This document shows, piece by piece, positions 9,249 to 18,021 of a DNA stretch of 64,000 nucleotides. Origin of the DNA: Spirulina sp. (GTDB lineage Bacteria > Cyanobacteriota > Cyanobacteriia > Phormidesmidales > Phormidesmidaceae). The stretch's first letter is position 1, and each line of letters opens with the position of its first letter. Position numbers and translations under genes: made by a program. The stretch is from assembly GCA_044070495.1 (NCBI GenBank), contig JBIPSI010000016.1, forward strand, positions 74,450-138,449, read 5' to 3'. A model generated the notes under the pieces. That model made no database searches and was not told the DNA's origin. It saw nothing but the letters and a program-made list of their open reading frames with translations.

Positions 9249-11522
9249 TTACAAGTCTCTGTGCGAGAGAAGAGATGCCCACCCCCCCCAAACCCCCCCA
9301 GGAAATTCTCCTGCGGGGGAAAAAGAAGGGTTGGCTTTTAGGTCGCTGTAGTTCAGGTAGCTTCCGTCCTTGCGCCAGCCGACGCGATCTGCAAAGTCTT
9401 CCCAAGTTTCTTCATGATACTTGCCATCGAGCGGGTTGCCGCATTCCACATAAAGTTGCTTTTGTACGCTGAAGCCAAACTTGCCTTGGCTGTACTTCAC
9501 CCATAGCCCATCGAGGTGCAGCAAATCAGGGCAAGGAAAGTTGAGTAGCTCATTCGAGTAAAGAATTCGTCCAAACTCTTTGCCATAGGTTTGCAGCATC
9601 AAGCGCCAGGTTTCCTCATCGGATTCTCTCCATTGGCCCTGTTGCAGGTATTCCTCTAGCTGGCCAAAACGGCGGATTTTGATATCGGCCACTAGGTCAT
9701 CATCTAAACGGCGGCGGTTAACGCGCAGGCAATCGTAGGCTAGGGATGCGGCGGCGTGGCTGCGGCGATAGGCGGCACGGAGCAAGTTGGTGGGGTTGAC
9801 CTGGGCAACGTAGAGCAGAACGGTGCCCTTCCAGTATTCGTTGTCGAAGTTTTGCAAAAGCAGGTCTTCGTAGCTGGGGTCTCTTTGTACCTGATCTTTG
9901 ATTTGGGTGGCGGCTAGGTATTCTTGAAAGCTGCGGTGGGCAAATTCGTAGCCGTCGTCTTTTTTCACCAGCAGTTCGCTCACCCGTTCAATGGTTTGGA
10001 GAAAGGGGCGAGGGGCAACGGTTTCGTCCTGGTCAGCCAAGCCCTGTTGAATCAAGTCGAGCAGGGCATCGACGGGAATCACCTGCTGTTCGGCCTTCAC
10101 CATGGCCAGAGCGACGTTTTGTAACACGGCCTGACTCGCCTCGGCGGGCAGGGGCAAATCCACCTTTTTGGCCATGGGGCGATCTCCCAGTTGCAGTTTG
10201 CAAATGCCGGAATATAACTCGGCCTGACGCTGGGGCAGTTGTTCGTTGGGGTAGCTGCGGTGAAACATGGCGATCATATTCAGCATCAGCGGATTTTCGG
10301 CCATGCTTTCCAGTTCTGGGCGATTGTCGATTTGGCTCAGCAGGTTTTCGGCCCGTTGCTTGGCAGCTTCTTGCACATCGGGTGTCAGGCGGTTGCCCCG
10401 ATGAAAGCGCTCTTGGCACAGATACCACTGCTCCACAAAGCGGCGGCGTTGGTCTTCGTCAAAGGGTTGCACGGCTAGGGGCGTTTGCACCCTTTCGGCG
10501 GAGTAATCGGTGTCGTAGGCGGTGGGGCGCGAGGTGAGAATAAACACCGTGTTTGGGTACGCCTGCATTTGGTGGGTAATCCACTGGCTAACGGCGGGGC
10601 GCTGGGCTTCGGCAACTTCGTCAAAGCCGTCGAGCATCACCAGCAGGCGTCCGGTGTGCAGCAGGTTTTCGGCCCAGGAGGTCGGGATATCTAGAGCCTT
10701 GCCCTGGGCTAGGGCTTTGGCATGATGCTGGGTGATCAGTTCTGGCAGGGCGGGGGCATTGGGCTGGGCAATCGTGTCTCGCCAGGTGCGGAGGTACAAC
10801 AGCACGGGGATAAGGCGAGGGGCTTTGTAGCGACAGCGCACCAAGCGAGGGCGAGTGGCATAGAGATAGGTGAGGTGGCGCAGCAGGGTGGTTTTGCCAA
10901 AGCCGCCGTAGGCTTTGATCACCAAATGGCGAAACTGGGGCGTTTTGGCACTGAGGGCGAGGATATCCCAAATTTGCTGGGTGGGCCGCTCCTGCATCTG
11001 CTGAAGGATGTCTTCGGGCTTGTCGCCAAAGCCGGGTAAGGTGGGCAGGGCTTGGCCTTCAAAATTACGCAAAAACTCACTGCTGAGCTTCAGCGGTACA
11101 TAGACTTCATCCAGGTCAGGATTCAAAATGCCAGAGGGCAGGGGTACTTCGTTATGGCTCACATAGGCACGACAAGCGCTGGCCTGAGCTTTGAGGTACT
11201 GGCCTTCCGTTCCCGAAAAGCGCCAACGAATTGCCCGATCCAGCCGATCAAGGAAAGCGACCAAGGCATCGGCATCCTGGGTGCCACGCTCCCCGGCAAT
11301 TTCCCCCAACCGAGCCGTAAAGTTGCCCGTATACCTGGCCCACACCGCCGTTACCACCATGGCCGGAAACGTGAGCATGGCCATCGCCCACTCTTGCTGA
11401 AGTAAAAAGTGTGCAAAGGCCCAGCCACTCCCCCCCAACGGGCTCCACTGGATCAAGGCATCCACAGCCTTTTGTACGTAGCGACGTTCAGGGCTGGAAT
11501 TCGGGGCAGGTGGCTGAGTCAT
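9249..11522 (-). CDS. NACHT NTPase with C-terminal GUN4 domain
   Basis: Walker A GGFGKTT, Walker B MLDGFDEV, ILTSRP, NPLML, FAHRSFQEYLAA; GUN4 motifs FPCPDL..LD.LW..YSQGKFGFSVQK and FADRVGWR. Confidence 0.92.
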   Translation of the reverse strand: MTQPPAPNSSPERRYVQKAVDALIQWSPLGGSGWAFAHFLLQQEWAMAMLTFPAMVVTAVWARYTGNFTARLGEIAGERGTQDADALVAFLDRLDRAIRWRFSGTEGQYLKAQASACRAYVSHNEVPLPSGILNPDLDEVYVPLKLSSEFLRNFEGQALPTLPGFGDKPEDILQQMQERPTQQIWDILALSAKTPQFRHLVIKAYGGFGKTTLLRHLTYLYATRPRLVRCRYKAPRLIPVLLYLRTWRDTIAQPNAPALPELITQHHAKALAQGKALDIPTSWAENLLHTGRLLVMLDGFDEVAEAQRPAVSQWITHQMQAYPNTVFILTSRPTAYDTDYSAERVQTPLAVQPFDEDQRRRFVEQWYLCQERFHRGNRLTPDVQEAAKQRAENLLSQIDNRPELESMAENPLMLNMIAMFHRSYPNEQLPQRQAELYSGICKLQLGDRPMAKKVDLPLPAEASQAVLQNVALAMVKAEQQVIPVDALLDLIQQGLADQDETVAPRPFLQTIERVSELLVKKDDGYEFAHRSFQEYLAATQIKDQVQRDPSYEDLLLQNFDNEYWKGTVLLYVAQVNPTNLLRAAYRRSHAAASLAYDCLRVNRRRLDDDLVADIKIRRFGQLEEYLQQGQWRESDEETWRLMLQTYGKEFGRILYSNELLNFPCPDLLHLDGLWVKYSQGKFGFSVQKQLYVECGNPLDGKYHEETWEDFADRVGWRKDGSYLNYSDLKANPSFSPAGEFPGGVWGGWASLLSHRDL

Positions 11523-11750
11523 GGGCGTGTGGCGGCGGCGGGTTGCCTTCTATTGTGGCCCACCCTAGAAAAACTGCATCTGCGGTTCTGTGCCCCCAAG
11601 ACTTCACCCACCTCAGATTCATCGCCCAGCCCCAACCCTGGAGCAACCTGTCGTGAGCTTGCCAAACAGAGGGCCAAGGCCAGGAACTTGCCCTAGCCTT
11701 GGCCCAGCTTGAGGAATATGCCCCGGTGCTAGCTCTAAGATTCTAGGCAA

Positions 11751-11921
11751 CTAGCTGCCGTGGCAGCCGCAGCCCTTGTGGCCACAGCCGTCGCCGCTGG
11801 TGTGCCCGTTGGCGCAGGCCTCGCTGCAATAGTAATGGCCGTCTTTTTCTAGGGCTTTGCTGGTATCAACAATACACAGGCAAGATTCGCAGGCGCACTT
11901 CATTTGGGTTACGGCGGTCAT
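11751..11921 (-). CDS. smtA: Metallothionein SmtA (56 aa, absent from the ORF track)
   Basis: Manual translation MTAVTQMKCACESCLCIVDTSKALEKDGHYYCSEACANGHTSGDGCGHKGCGCHGS. Confidence 0.96.
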   Translation of the reverse strand: MTAVTQMKCACESCLCIVDTSKALEKDGHYYCSEACANGHTSGDGCGHKGCGCHGS

Positions 11922-11944
11922 CGGGACTCCTTACATCCACAAGG

Positions 11945-11991
11945 ATGAATAGCTGTTCATGGGTTCATATTAACACCTGAATATCTGTTCA
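11945..11991. promoter_or_regulatory. Two SmtB/ZiaR operator inverted repeats
   Basis: ATGAATAGCTGTTCAT (11945-11960) and TGAATATCTGTTCA (11978-11991) between divergent smtA and smtB. Confidence 0.85.
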
Positions 11992-12092
11992 AGGGTAGAG
12001 AGTTTGTTAAGCTTTAATGAGTCCAACGTGTATCCCCAGGGCAGAGTTTCTGGGGGAATGCTAGGCGTGCGTGAACCCTTGTTGCAATTCCA

Positions 12093-12473
12093 ATGTCCCC
12101 CTTGCCCCACCCACCCACTCCTGAGTCTGATCCGCCCACCGTTGAGCCAAGGGCTGAGTTGGATCACCCGGGCCCTGAGATTCTGAGCCAAGAAAAGGCA
12201 GAGCGGATGGCGGAATTCTTTGGCGGATTGGGTGATCCGAACCGCTGGCGCATTTTGTCGGCCCTAGCCTTGGGAGAGCGACGGGTGGGAGAGTTGGCGG
12301 CGGCGGTGGCCATGAGTGAATCGGCGGTGTCGCACCAGTTGCGAACCCTCCGCAATCTGCGCCTCGTGAGCCGCCAGAAACAGGGGCGTACGGTGGTGTA
12401 TCGCCTCACCGATCACCATATTTTTGATCTCTACCATGCCGCCTCAGAACACCTCGATGAACCGACAGACTAG
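12093..12473 (+). CDS. smtB: ArsR/SmtB zinc-sensing repressor
   Basis: [34 protein letters not shown], alpha5 site DHHIFDLY...EHLDE. Confidence 0.92.
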   Translation: MSPLPHPPTPESDPPTVEPRAELDHPGPEILSQEKAERMAEFFGGLGDPNRWRILSALALGERRVGELAAAVAMSESAVSHQLRTLRNLRLVSRQKQGRTVVYRLTDHHIFDLYHAASEHLDEPTD

Positions 12474-12621
12474 CCTGATCCCCCCCGTTGAATGGGAAGA
12501 GGGCGGTGCCTTGGGAAACCCTGAGACAAGCCATGGCTTAGGGTAGACCCCTTCATCCGAAGAATGCGGTAATATCAGCGGAACAGATTGACCCGATTGA
12601 CCTGCCGGAAGGAGATTCCCT

Positions 12622-12870
12622 ATGTTTCACCTCTATTTTGGGGCCTTTGACCTAGTACTCTACCTGGGGGGCATCTATGCCGCCATGACCCTAGCCAAGG
12701 CCATCTGTGATCAGATGGATGCCGCCGAGGTTTCCCAGGCGGTGGATCAGGGGGATAAAACAGGGGATGCGGCCCGCGCCATGGCTCCCATGCAGCCTAT
12801 CCCGGCTCACCTATCGGCTCCGGCAACGAAGCGCGAAGGCGTTGGCGTCAAAGTATCCGTGAATGGATAG
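12622..12870 (+). CDS. Small hypothetical membrane protein
   Basis: AGGAG RBS, ATG start, hydrophobic N-terminus, 82 aa. Confidence 0.55.
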   Translation: MFHLYFGAFDLVLYLGGIYAAMTLAKAICDQMDAAEVSQAVDQGDKTGDAARAMAPMQPIPAHLSAPATKREGVGVKVSVNG

Positions 12871-13144
12871 GATATTTGAGCGATAGCCAACGCATGAAGG
12901 TATCGAAATGTAACTCAAATGCGTAGTTTTATTTCCTTCTGTAGCGATCTGGATAACAGGTCGTTTTTTTATGACAAAAGGCATCTAAAAAGCGTAGTTT
13001 TAACCACGTTTTTTGTGGCGCAAACGTCCAATCTGAACTACTTTTTGGCGAATCTAGAGAGATTATTAAAACGTAGTCCAAGGCATAAACTTTGGTAGCT
13101 GGGGTTGTTATGCCTAGGGGGCCGTTTGCTTAGGAGGGTAGCCG

Positions 13145-14734
13145 ATGACCTACGCCGTTCAGACCGATTGCGTTGCCTGCGATCAGTGCCGCCCCACCTG
13201 TCCCCAGGGAGCCATCAAGCCATCGGAGGAGGGCTACTGGATTGACCCCACCCTCTGCGACCAATGCCCTGATGCGGAGACGCCCCCCTGCGTAGCGGCC
13301 TGTGATCTGGGTGCCCTGGCCCCTTTGCAACCGAAAAAGGGGCGTCACCGCAGTACGCTGCTCCCGGCGGCCATCCCTAGCATTTTCCTGAACGGCAAAA
13401 CCACCCCCTTTGCCTCCTCCATGGTGGTGTGGGAGGCCTGTAACCTGTTGGCCCAGCGCCAGTCCCTCCCCTGGCAGGCCGATAAAGACCAGCGCCTTTG
13501 CTATCTGCGCACTATTCACCGGGGACGGGGCACCCTGCGCCTGCGCCTCGCCGCTAACCCGGAGGATCCCCAACCCCAACCCCTGGGCTATGAGGAGGGG
13601 CAAGGGGTTCTACAGCAGATGGATCTGCGGGCGGCCTGTCTCCACCTCATCTTTGCGGCCCACGCCACCACCCTCGACCGACCCTGGGATAGCCCCTTCG
13701 TCATCAACGATCAACACATTGAAGCCTACCTAGGACTGAATCGCCGCAAAGACCTCAGCAAGCTAGAAAAACTCACCCTGATTAAAACCTTGGTCTACCA
13801 AGCCTGCCAACCCCTCGTCTGCCTCGACTGGCCTCGCCAAGGACGGGTACGGGGCTTTTCCCTACCAGAACATCCGGTGTGGCAGCACCTAGACACCCAG
13901 TACTATTTCGAGCCCGACGCCGAGGGCAACCGCCACCTGATTGGCCTCAGCTTTACCCTACAGGCAGGGCTATGGAGTCGCTACTTCCTCAATCGGCAGG
14001 ACTACCGCAAACAAACGGCCTTCTACCAGTACGGCACCCTGCCCCAGTCGTTGATTACCGAGGTGATGGGCCACTGGCAACAGCACGAAGGAGCTGTGCG
14101 TCTGCTGCTGTGGTTGGTGTTTAAGCTACGCCTTGGTCAAAATCACCGCATGACCGTGCGCACCCTGCTACGCATTGCCTACGGCGAAGAACGCCTCACC
14201 ACCGCCATGACCGTGCGTGGTGCCCACAAGCGGCTGCTGAAAACCTTCGAGACCGACCTCGAAACCCTCCACCACTACGGCCTCAGCCCCCAGTTCGACC
14301 CCGAAACCTATGGCCCCGATATTCAGCCCCTGTGGGCCAGGGTGGCCGATATTCCCGACGATGCCGACGATGCCCTCGACTTCTGGGCCAACGACGCCCA
14401 CCAAGACCTCAGCCTCACCCAGCGCGCCCCCCGCGACAAATGGCCGCGCCTGCTGAACGCTCGCATCCTAGGGTTTGACCTCGCTCCAGACTGGCAGCAG
14501 CCCAGCCTCAAGCCCCACCGCCGCCGTCGGCCCAAGGCCGATCCTCACCCCGCTGGCCCACCCCTCTCCACCGATACCATTCGCCAGGCCCGGCAACGGC
14601 TGCAACTTAGTCAGCGCGACCTAGCCCAACGGCTGGGCAAAAGCCAAAGCTGGGTGCGAGACGTGGAAAAGGGACGTTTTCAGATCAGCCCCGACGATCA
14701 AGATCGCCTGCGCCGCACCCTAGAGTTGGGTTGA
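13145..14734 (+). CDS. cnfR: CnfR/PatB nitrogen-fixation transcriptional activator
   Basis: N-terminal ferredoxin Cys motifs (CVACDQCRPTCP; CDQC...CVAAC), FASSMVVWEACN, C-terminal XRE HTH; about 530 aa. Confidence 0.9.
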   Translation: MTYAVQTDCVACDQCRPTCPQGAIKPSEEGYWIDPTLCDQCPDAETPPCVAACDLGALAPLQPKKGRHRSTLLPAAIPSIFLNGKTTPFASSMVVWEACNLLAQRQSLPWQADKDQRLCYLRTIHRGRGTLRLRLAANPEDPQPQPLGYEEGQGVLQQMDLRAACLHLIFAAHATTLDRPWDSPFVINDQHIEAYLGLNRRKDLSKLEKLTLIKTLVYQACQPLVCLDWPRQGRVRGFSLPEHPVWQHLDTQYYFEPDAEGNRHLIGLSFTLQAGLWSRYFLNRQDYRKQTAFYQYGTLPQSLITEVMGHWQQHEGAVRLLLWLVFKLRLGQNHRMTVRTLLRIAYGEERLTTAMTVRGAHKRLLKTFETDLETLHHYGLSPQFDPETYGPDIQPLWARVADIPDDADDALDFWANDAHQDLSLTQRAPRDKWPRLLNARILGFDLAPDWQQPSLKPHRRRRPKADPHPAGPPLSTDTIRQARQRLQLSQRDLAQRLGKSQSWVRDVEKGRFQISPDDQDRLRRTLELG

Positions 14735-14741
14735 CGCGACC

Positions 14742-15023
14742 CTACTTCTGACCTCGATTCTCCAGCCACAGCAACAACCCTACGGTGCCCAACACCCCAA
14801 ACTGAATCAGCAGATTCAGCCCCAAATCCTCCGTGGCTCGGCCTGCTAGCCCTTGGGTAACCATAATAAAGGCTCCAATGGCTGCCGAGGCCCCCGCCGT
14901 CAGGTATACCACCCGCCGTAACCCCCGGTAGGGAGCCTTAGCCTCTGCCCGCAAACGGGCATATTTTTCAGGACTCATCCCCTGGGGTGGGCGTTGGGGG
15001 GACGGGGAATCGGGCCTAGTCAT
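14742..15023 (-). CDS. DUF3493 family membrane protein
   Basis: RLRAEAKAPYRGLRRVVY plus two TM helices. Confidence 0.8.
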   Translation of the reverse strand: MTRPDSPSPQRPPQGMSPEKYARLRAEAKAPYRGLRRVVYLTAGASAAIGAFIMVTQGLAGRATEDLGLNLLIQFGVLGTVGLLLWLENRGQK

Positions 15024-15121
15024 AGCAGGACGCTCCTAAAAAATTTCCTCCCCAATCCCTTGGGGAAGGGGCAGTGCACAGACGACCCACCCTGTTATAC
15101 TAATTGACTGTGAGATCCTAT

Positions 15122-15193
15122 GCCGATGTGGCTCAGTGGTAGAGCACTCGATTCGTAATCGAGCGGTCGCGGGTTCAAATCCCGCCATCGGCT
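15122..15193 (+). tRNA. trnT: tRNA-Thr(CGT)
   Basis: Acceptor GCCGATG/CATCGGC, anticodon arm CTCGA-TTCGTAA-TCGAG, T-loop GGTTCAAATCC; no encoded CCA. Confidence 0.97.
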
Positions 15194-15242
15194 TAAACGC
15201 CATAACATTTGACTGGCAAGGGTTTCAAGGTGAATTAGCCTC

Positions 15243-15264
15243 GGTAGTGCATTAATGCACTACC
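15243..15264. mobile_element. 22-bp perfect palindrome matching the IS1 terminal IRs (possible IS1 remnant)
   Basis: GGTAGTGCATTAATGCACTACC; compare IS ends at 63000 (GGTAGTACATTAATGCA) and 63835-63845 (AATGCACTACC). Confidence 0.6.
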
Positions 15265-15474
15265 CTCACCTGAAAGCCATTAAGACCTATCAGCAATGGC
15301 TTTTGAGCAACCAGCGGCGTAAACGATAGTAGCTTGGGTGCTGAATTAGGAGTTGGCTTAGAGCCTGGTTCCGGAAATGCTGCGAAGCTTTGGATGGGGT
15401 TATGGTTCAGGAACAAACGTACTCAAGATGGATGGAAAGCAGTACACTCGTTCAGCACCATGAGCTAGCGCGTT

Positions 15475-15648
15475 ATGATCCACATCATTCGCCAGAGAGC
15501 AGAACCTGAGCAGATGCGTCAGATGCTAGAGGCGCTGGGAATTTACATTAAACTGGCGGCAGATGTTAAGCGCCGCATTCTGGCTAGAGGAGGCGAATTG
15601 CAGTTCTATTGGACGATGGCAGCCAGCGCGGCCTGCCTATACTCTTGA
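15475..15648 (+). pseudogene. Truncated, frameshifted DUF5674-like gene
   Basis: MIHIIRQRAEPEQMRQMLEALGIYIKLAADVKRRILARGGEL, then VLLDDGSQ in another frame. Confidence 0.6.
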
Positions 15649-15697
15649 CGAGCAAGGCGTTTTCTAGCAAGCTTTGAAGGCTTGCCTGCACCTCTGA

Positions 15698-16909
15698 GTG
15701 AACCCGGCTATTTTGGCAATTCGGCTGCGCACGACAGTAATCGAGCTTTTTTCAACCTTCATTCGGTTTGCGGACGATCACTTTGAGGGTTGGGCTAGCG
15801 ATCGGCGGCTGAAAAAGGCCATGGAAGACCGCCTGGGCCAGGCCGACGCGGCTGCCCAATCGGAGGGGTTTTGGGCGCTATACTGGCACAAATGCTGGCC
15901 GACCCACAAGCAGGCAGAGACCCATCTACAGGCCTATCTCCAGGAGCCCTGCTATTGGGCCACCCAACGGATCACCCAGCGCTTTGGCAGCGATCAGTGG
16001 ACCCTGGCCGATGGCTTTCAAACGGCGATCGCCCACACGCCCAGCATTCTCAAGCGCTACCGCCCCGACTATGGCAGCGATTTGAGGGCCTACGCCCTAA
16101 CCGCGTTTGGCAACGTAGTGCGCGACCAGATGCGGCAGCAGCAGACGGCTAATATTTGTAGCGATTGGGGCCTGTTGCGACGGCTGAGCCGGGTGCAGGT
16201 GCAGCGATCGCTGGAGGCCGCTGGAATTACCCAGACCGAGGCGGCCATTCTACTCTGGCAGTGCTTTAAAGCGGTTTGTCGGCCCGATCCCCAACGCTCG
16301 GTGCGGGCGCTACCGTCGTCACCCCCCGACCAGCTGGCCCAAATGGCGGCGCGCTACAACCGTCTGCGGGTTCAGCTCAGCCCCATCCCTCCCCGGTTGG
16401 AGGACGAGGATCTGGTGGGCAAGCTTCAGCAAATTGTGCAAGCGGCCCGTGCCCACCTGGTGCCAAAGGTGACGTCGCTGAACGATCCTCAGTTTGACCA
16501 CGGGGCGCACGAGCAGATCGAGAGCTTGATCGGTGATGATGTGCCGATGGCTCGGCTCTTGGCGGAGGAAGCCTATGCGGAACAGCAGCGGCGGGTACGG
16601 CAGATGGAGGAGGTGCTGAAGAATGCGATCGCGGCGCTCCCCCCCGCCGATCAGACCTTGCTGCGGCTTTACTACCAGGAGCAGTTAACCCAAACGGCGA
16701 TCGCCCAGCAGCTCCACATTCAGCAGTATCAGGTGTCGCGGCGGCTGAACCGGGTGCGCCAGCAGTTCCTGGCCGAGGTGGCTCAATGGAGCCAGGAAAG
16801 CCTGCATATTGCCCTGGATTCTGCCGTACTAGGCAGTATGAGCGACGCGATTCACGAGTGGCTACAGCGGCGTTACGCAGCAGAGGATCTAGATGAGTTT
16901 GGTGTTTGA
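15698..16909 (+). CDS. Atypical sigma-70 family sigma factor (cyanobacterial DUF1822-linked type)
   Basis: HLQAYLQEPCYW, SDWGLLRR; region-4 HTH LLRLYYQEQLTQTAIAQQLHIQQYQVSRRL; start uncertain (GTG). Confidence 0.88.
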   Translation: MNPAILAIRLRTTVIELFSTFIRFADDHFEGWASDRRLKKAMEDRLGQADAAAQSEGFWALYWHKCWPTHKQAETHLQAYLQEPCYWATQRITQRFGSDQWTLADGFQTAIAHTPSILKRYRPDYGSDLRAYALTAFGNVVRDQMRQQQTANICSDWGLLRRLSRVQVQRSLEAAGITQTEAAILLWQCFKAVCRPDPQRSVRALPSSPPDQLAQMAARYNRLRVQLSPIPPRLEDEDLVGKLQQIVQAARAHLVPKVTSLNDPQFDHGAHEQIESLIGDDVPMARLLAEEAYAEQQRRVRQMEEVLKNAIAALPPADQTLLRLYYQEQLTQTAIAQQLHIQQYQVSRRLNRVRQQFLAEVAQWSQESLHIALDSAVLGSMSDAIHEWLQRRYAAEDLDEFGV

Positions 16910-18017
16910 CAATCCGGTGCAGCCCGTTCTGGCGATGCCGCCCGATATGGCCCTGTGGCAGCAGGGCGAGGCGATTGCAGACCCGGCGGCCCGCTGGCGC
17001 GTCTACCTGCATCATCTGGGATTCGCGGCCCTGCAAGCCTGGGTACAGGAGGAATGGGATCAACCGCTGCGGCTCTGGCCCGTCAACGCAGCGGAGCTCT
17101 GGCCGTGGGTGGAGGGGCTGGCCCTGGGGCTGGGTGATCGCCGCCTGGTGGTCATCCTCAGCGAGGCGATTGATGCCAGTGCTCTGACGGTGCCCCAGGA
17201 GTGGGTCGATATTCCCGGTTGGGCGGCGGACTACTACCTGGCGGCCCAGGTGGATGTGGACGAGCAGCGGCTGGTGCTGTGGGGCTATGGCACCCACGCC
17301 CAGGTGAAGACTCAGGGGCACTACGAACCGAGCGATTGCACCTACAGCCTGAGCGACGACGACCTAATTCAAGATTTTTCGGTCTTTTGGGTAGCCCAAC
17401 AGCTCGAACAGCCCCAAACCTTTTCCCTGCCTGAGTTGCCTCCCCTCTCAGAGGCCCAGGCCGAGCGCCTGATCGATCGGCTGGTCTATGCGGTGGAACC
17501 GAGACTAGAAATTCCCTTTGAGCAGTGGGGGGCGCTGCTCAGCGATGAGGGCTGGCGGCAACGGCTCTGGCGACAGCGGCGGGGGATGGTGGACCTGAGC
17601 GGCTGGCTGAGGGATTTGGTAGAACCGGGCTGGCGATCTCTGACTTCGCTGTTGCCCCGCACTCCGGCTTTGGGGTTTCGCTCCAGCGGTACTCAAAGTG
17701 CGACGGTCAGTCGGGGCAAGGCCATCTGGCTCAGTCCTCCCGACTGTTTCCTAGTGCTGGGCCTGCGGGTGACACCCACCGAGGATGATCGCCGCCGTAT
17801 TAGCGTGCAGCTCTTTCCCACCGATGTGGACCTGCTGCCTGTGGGCATGACCCTGACTCTGGAACTGCCGGAAACCGGAGAGCCCCTGCAAACGGTGCAG
17901 GCGGGGGGGCAGGACAACTATATACAAATTCCCAGTTTTCGCTGTCCGCCGGGGCAGCGGTTTCGGGTGAGCATTCAGCTGGCAGATGCTATCGTGCAGG
18001 AGGACTTCGTCAGCTAA
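16893..18017 (+). CDS. DUF1822 family protein
   Basis: LTVPQEWVDIPGWAADYYLAAQV, LWGYGTH, LSGWL..LVEPGW, DNYIQ; overlaps the sigma gene. Confidence 0.9.
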   Translation: MSLVFDNPVQPVLAMPPDMALWQQGEAIADPAARWRVYLHHLGFAALQAWVQEEWDQPLRLWPVNAAELWPWVEGLALGLGDRRLVVILSEAIDASALTVPQEWVDIPGWAADYYLAAQVDVDEQRLVLWGYGTHAQVKTQGHYEPSDCTYSLSDDDLIQDFSVFWVAQQLEQPQTFSLPELPPLSEAQAERLIDRLVYAVEPRLEIPFEQWGALLSDEGWRQRLWRQRRGMVDLSGWLRDLVEPGWRSLTSLLPRTPALGFRSSGTQSATVSRGKAIWLSPPDCFLVLGLRVTPTEDDRRRISVQLFPTDVDLLPVGMTLTLELPETGEPLQTVQAGGQDNYIQIPSFRCPPGQRFRVSIQLADAIVQEDFVS

Positions 18018-18021
18018 TGCG

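Noticed and set aside
8320..9320. Classical DGR (four-helix protein as Avd, GUN4 tail as variable region)
   Set aside because: No reverse transcriptase and no template repeat in the window; the four-helix protein looks like the generic IVP type
15698..15721. Lost start codon of the sigma gene (ATT at 15719 where ATG might be expected)
   Set aside because: An in-frame GTG lies 21 nt upstream; cannot be resolved without an alignment
16377..17321. Long antisense and alternative-frame ORFs (also 57521-58276, 22882-23541, 63259-63831, 47226-47900)
   Set aside because: Shadow ORFs of well-supported GC-rich genes with no recognisable motifs
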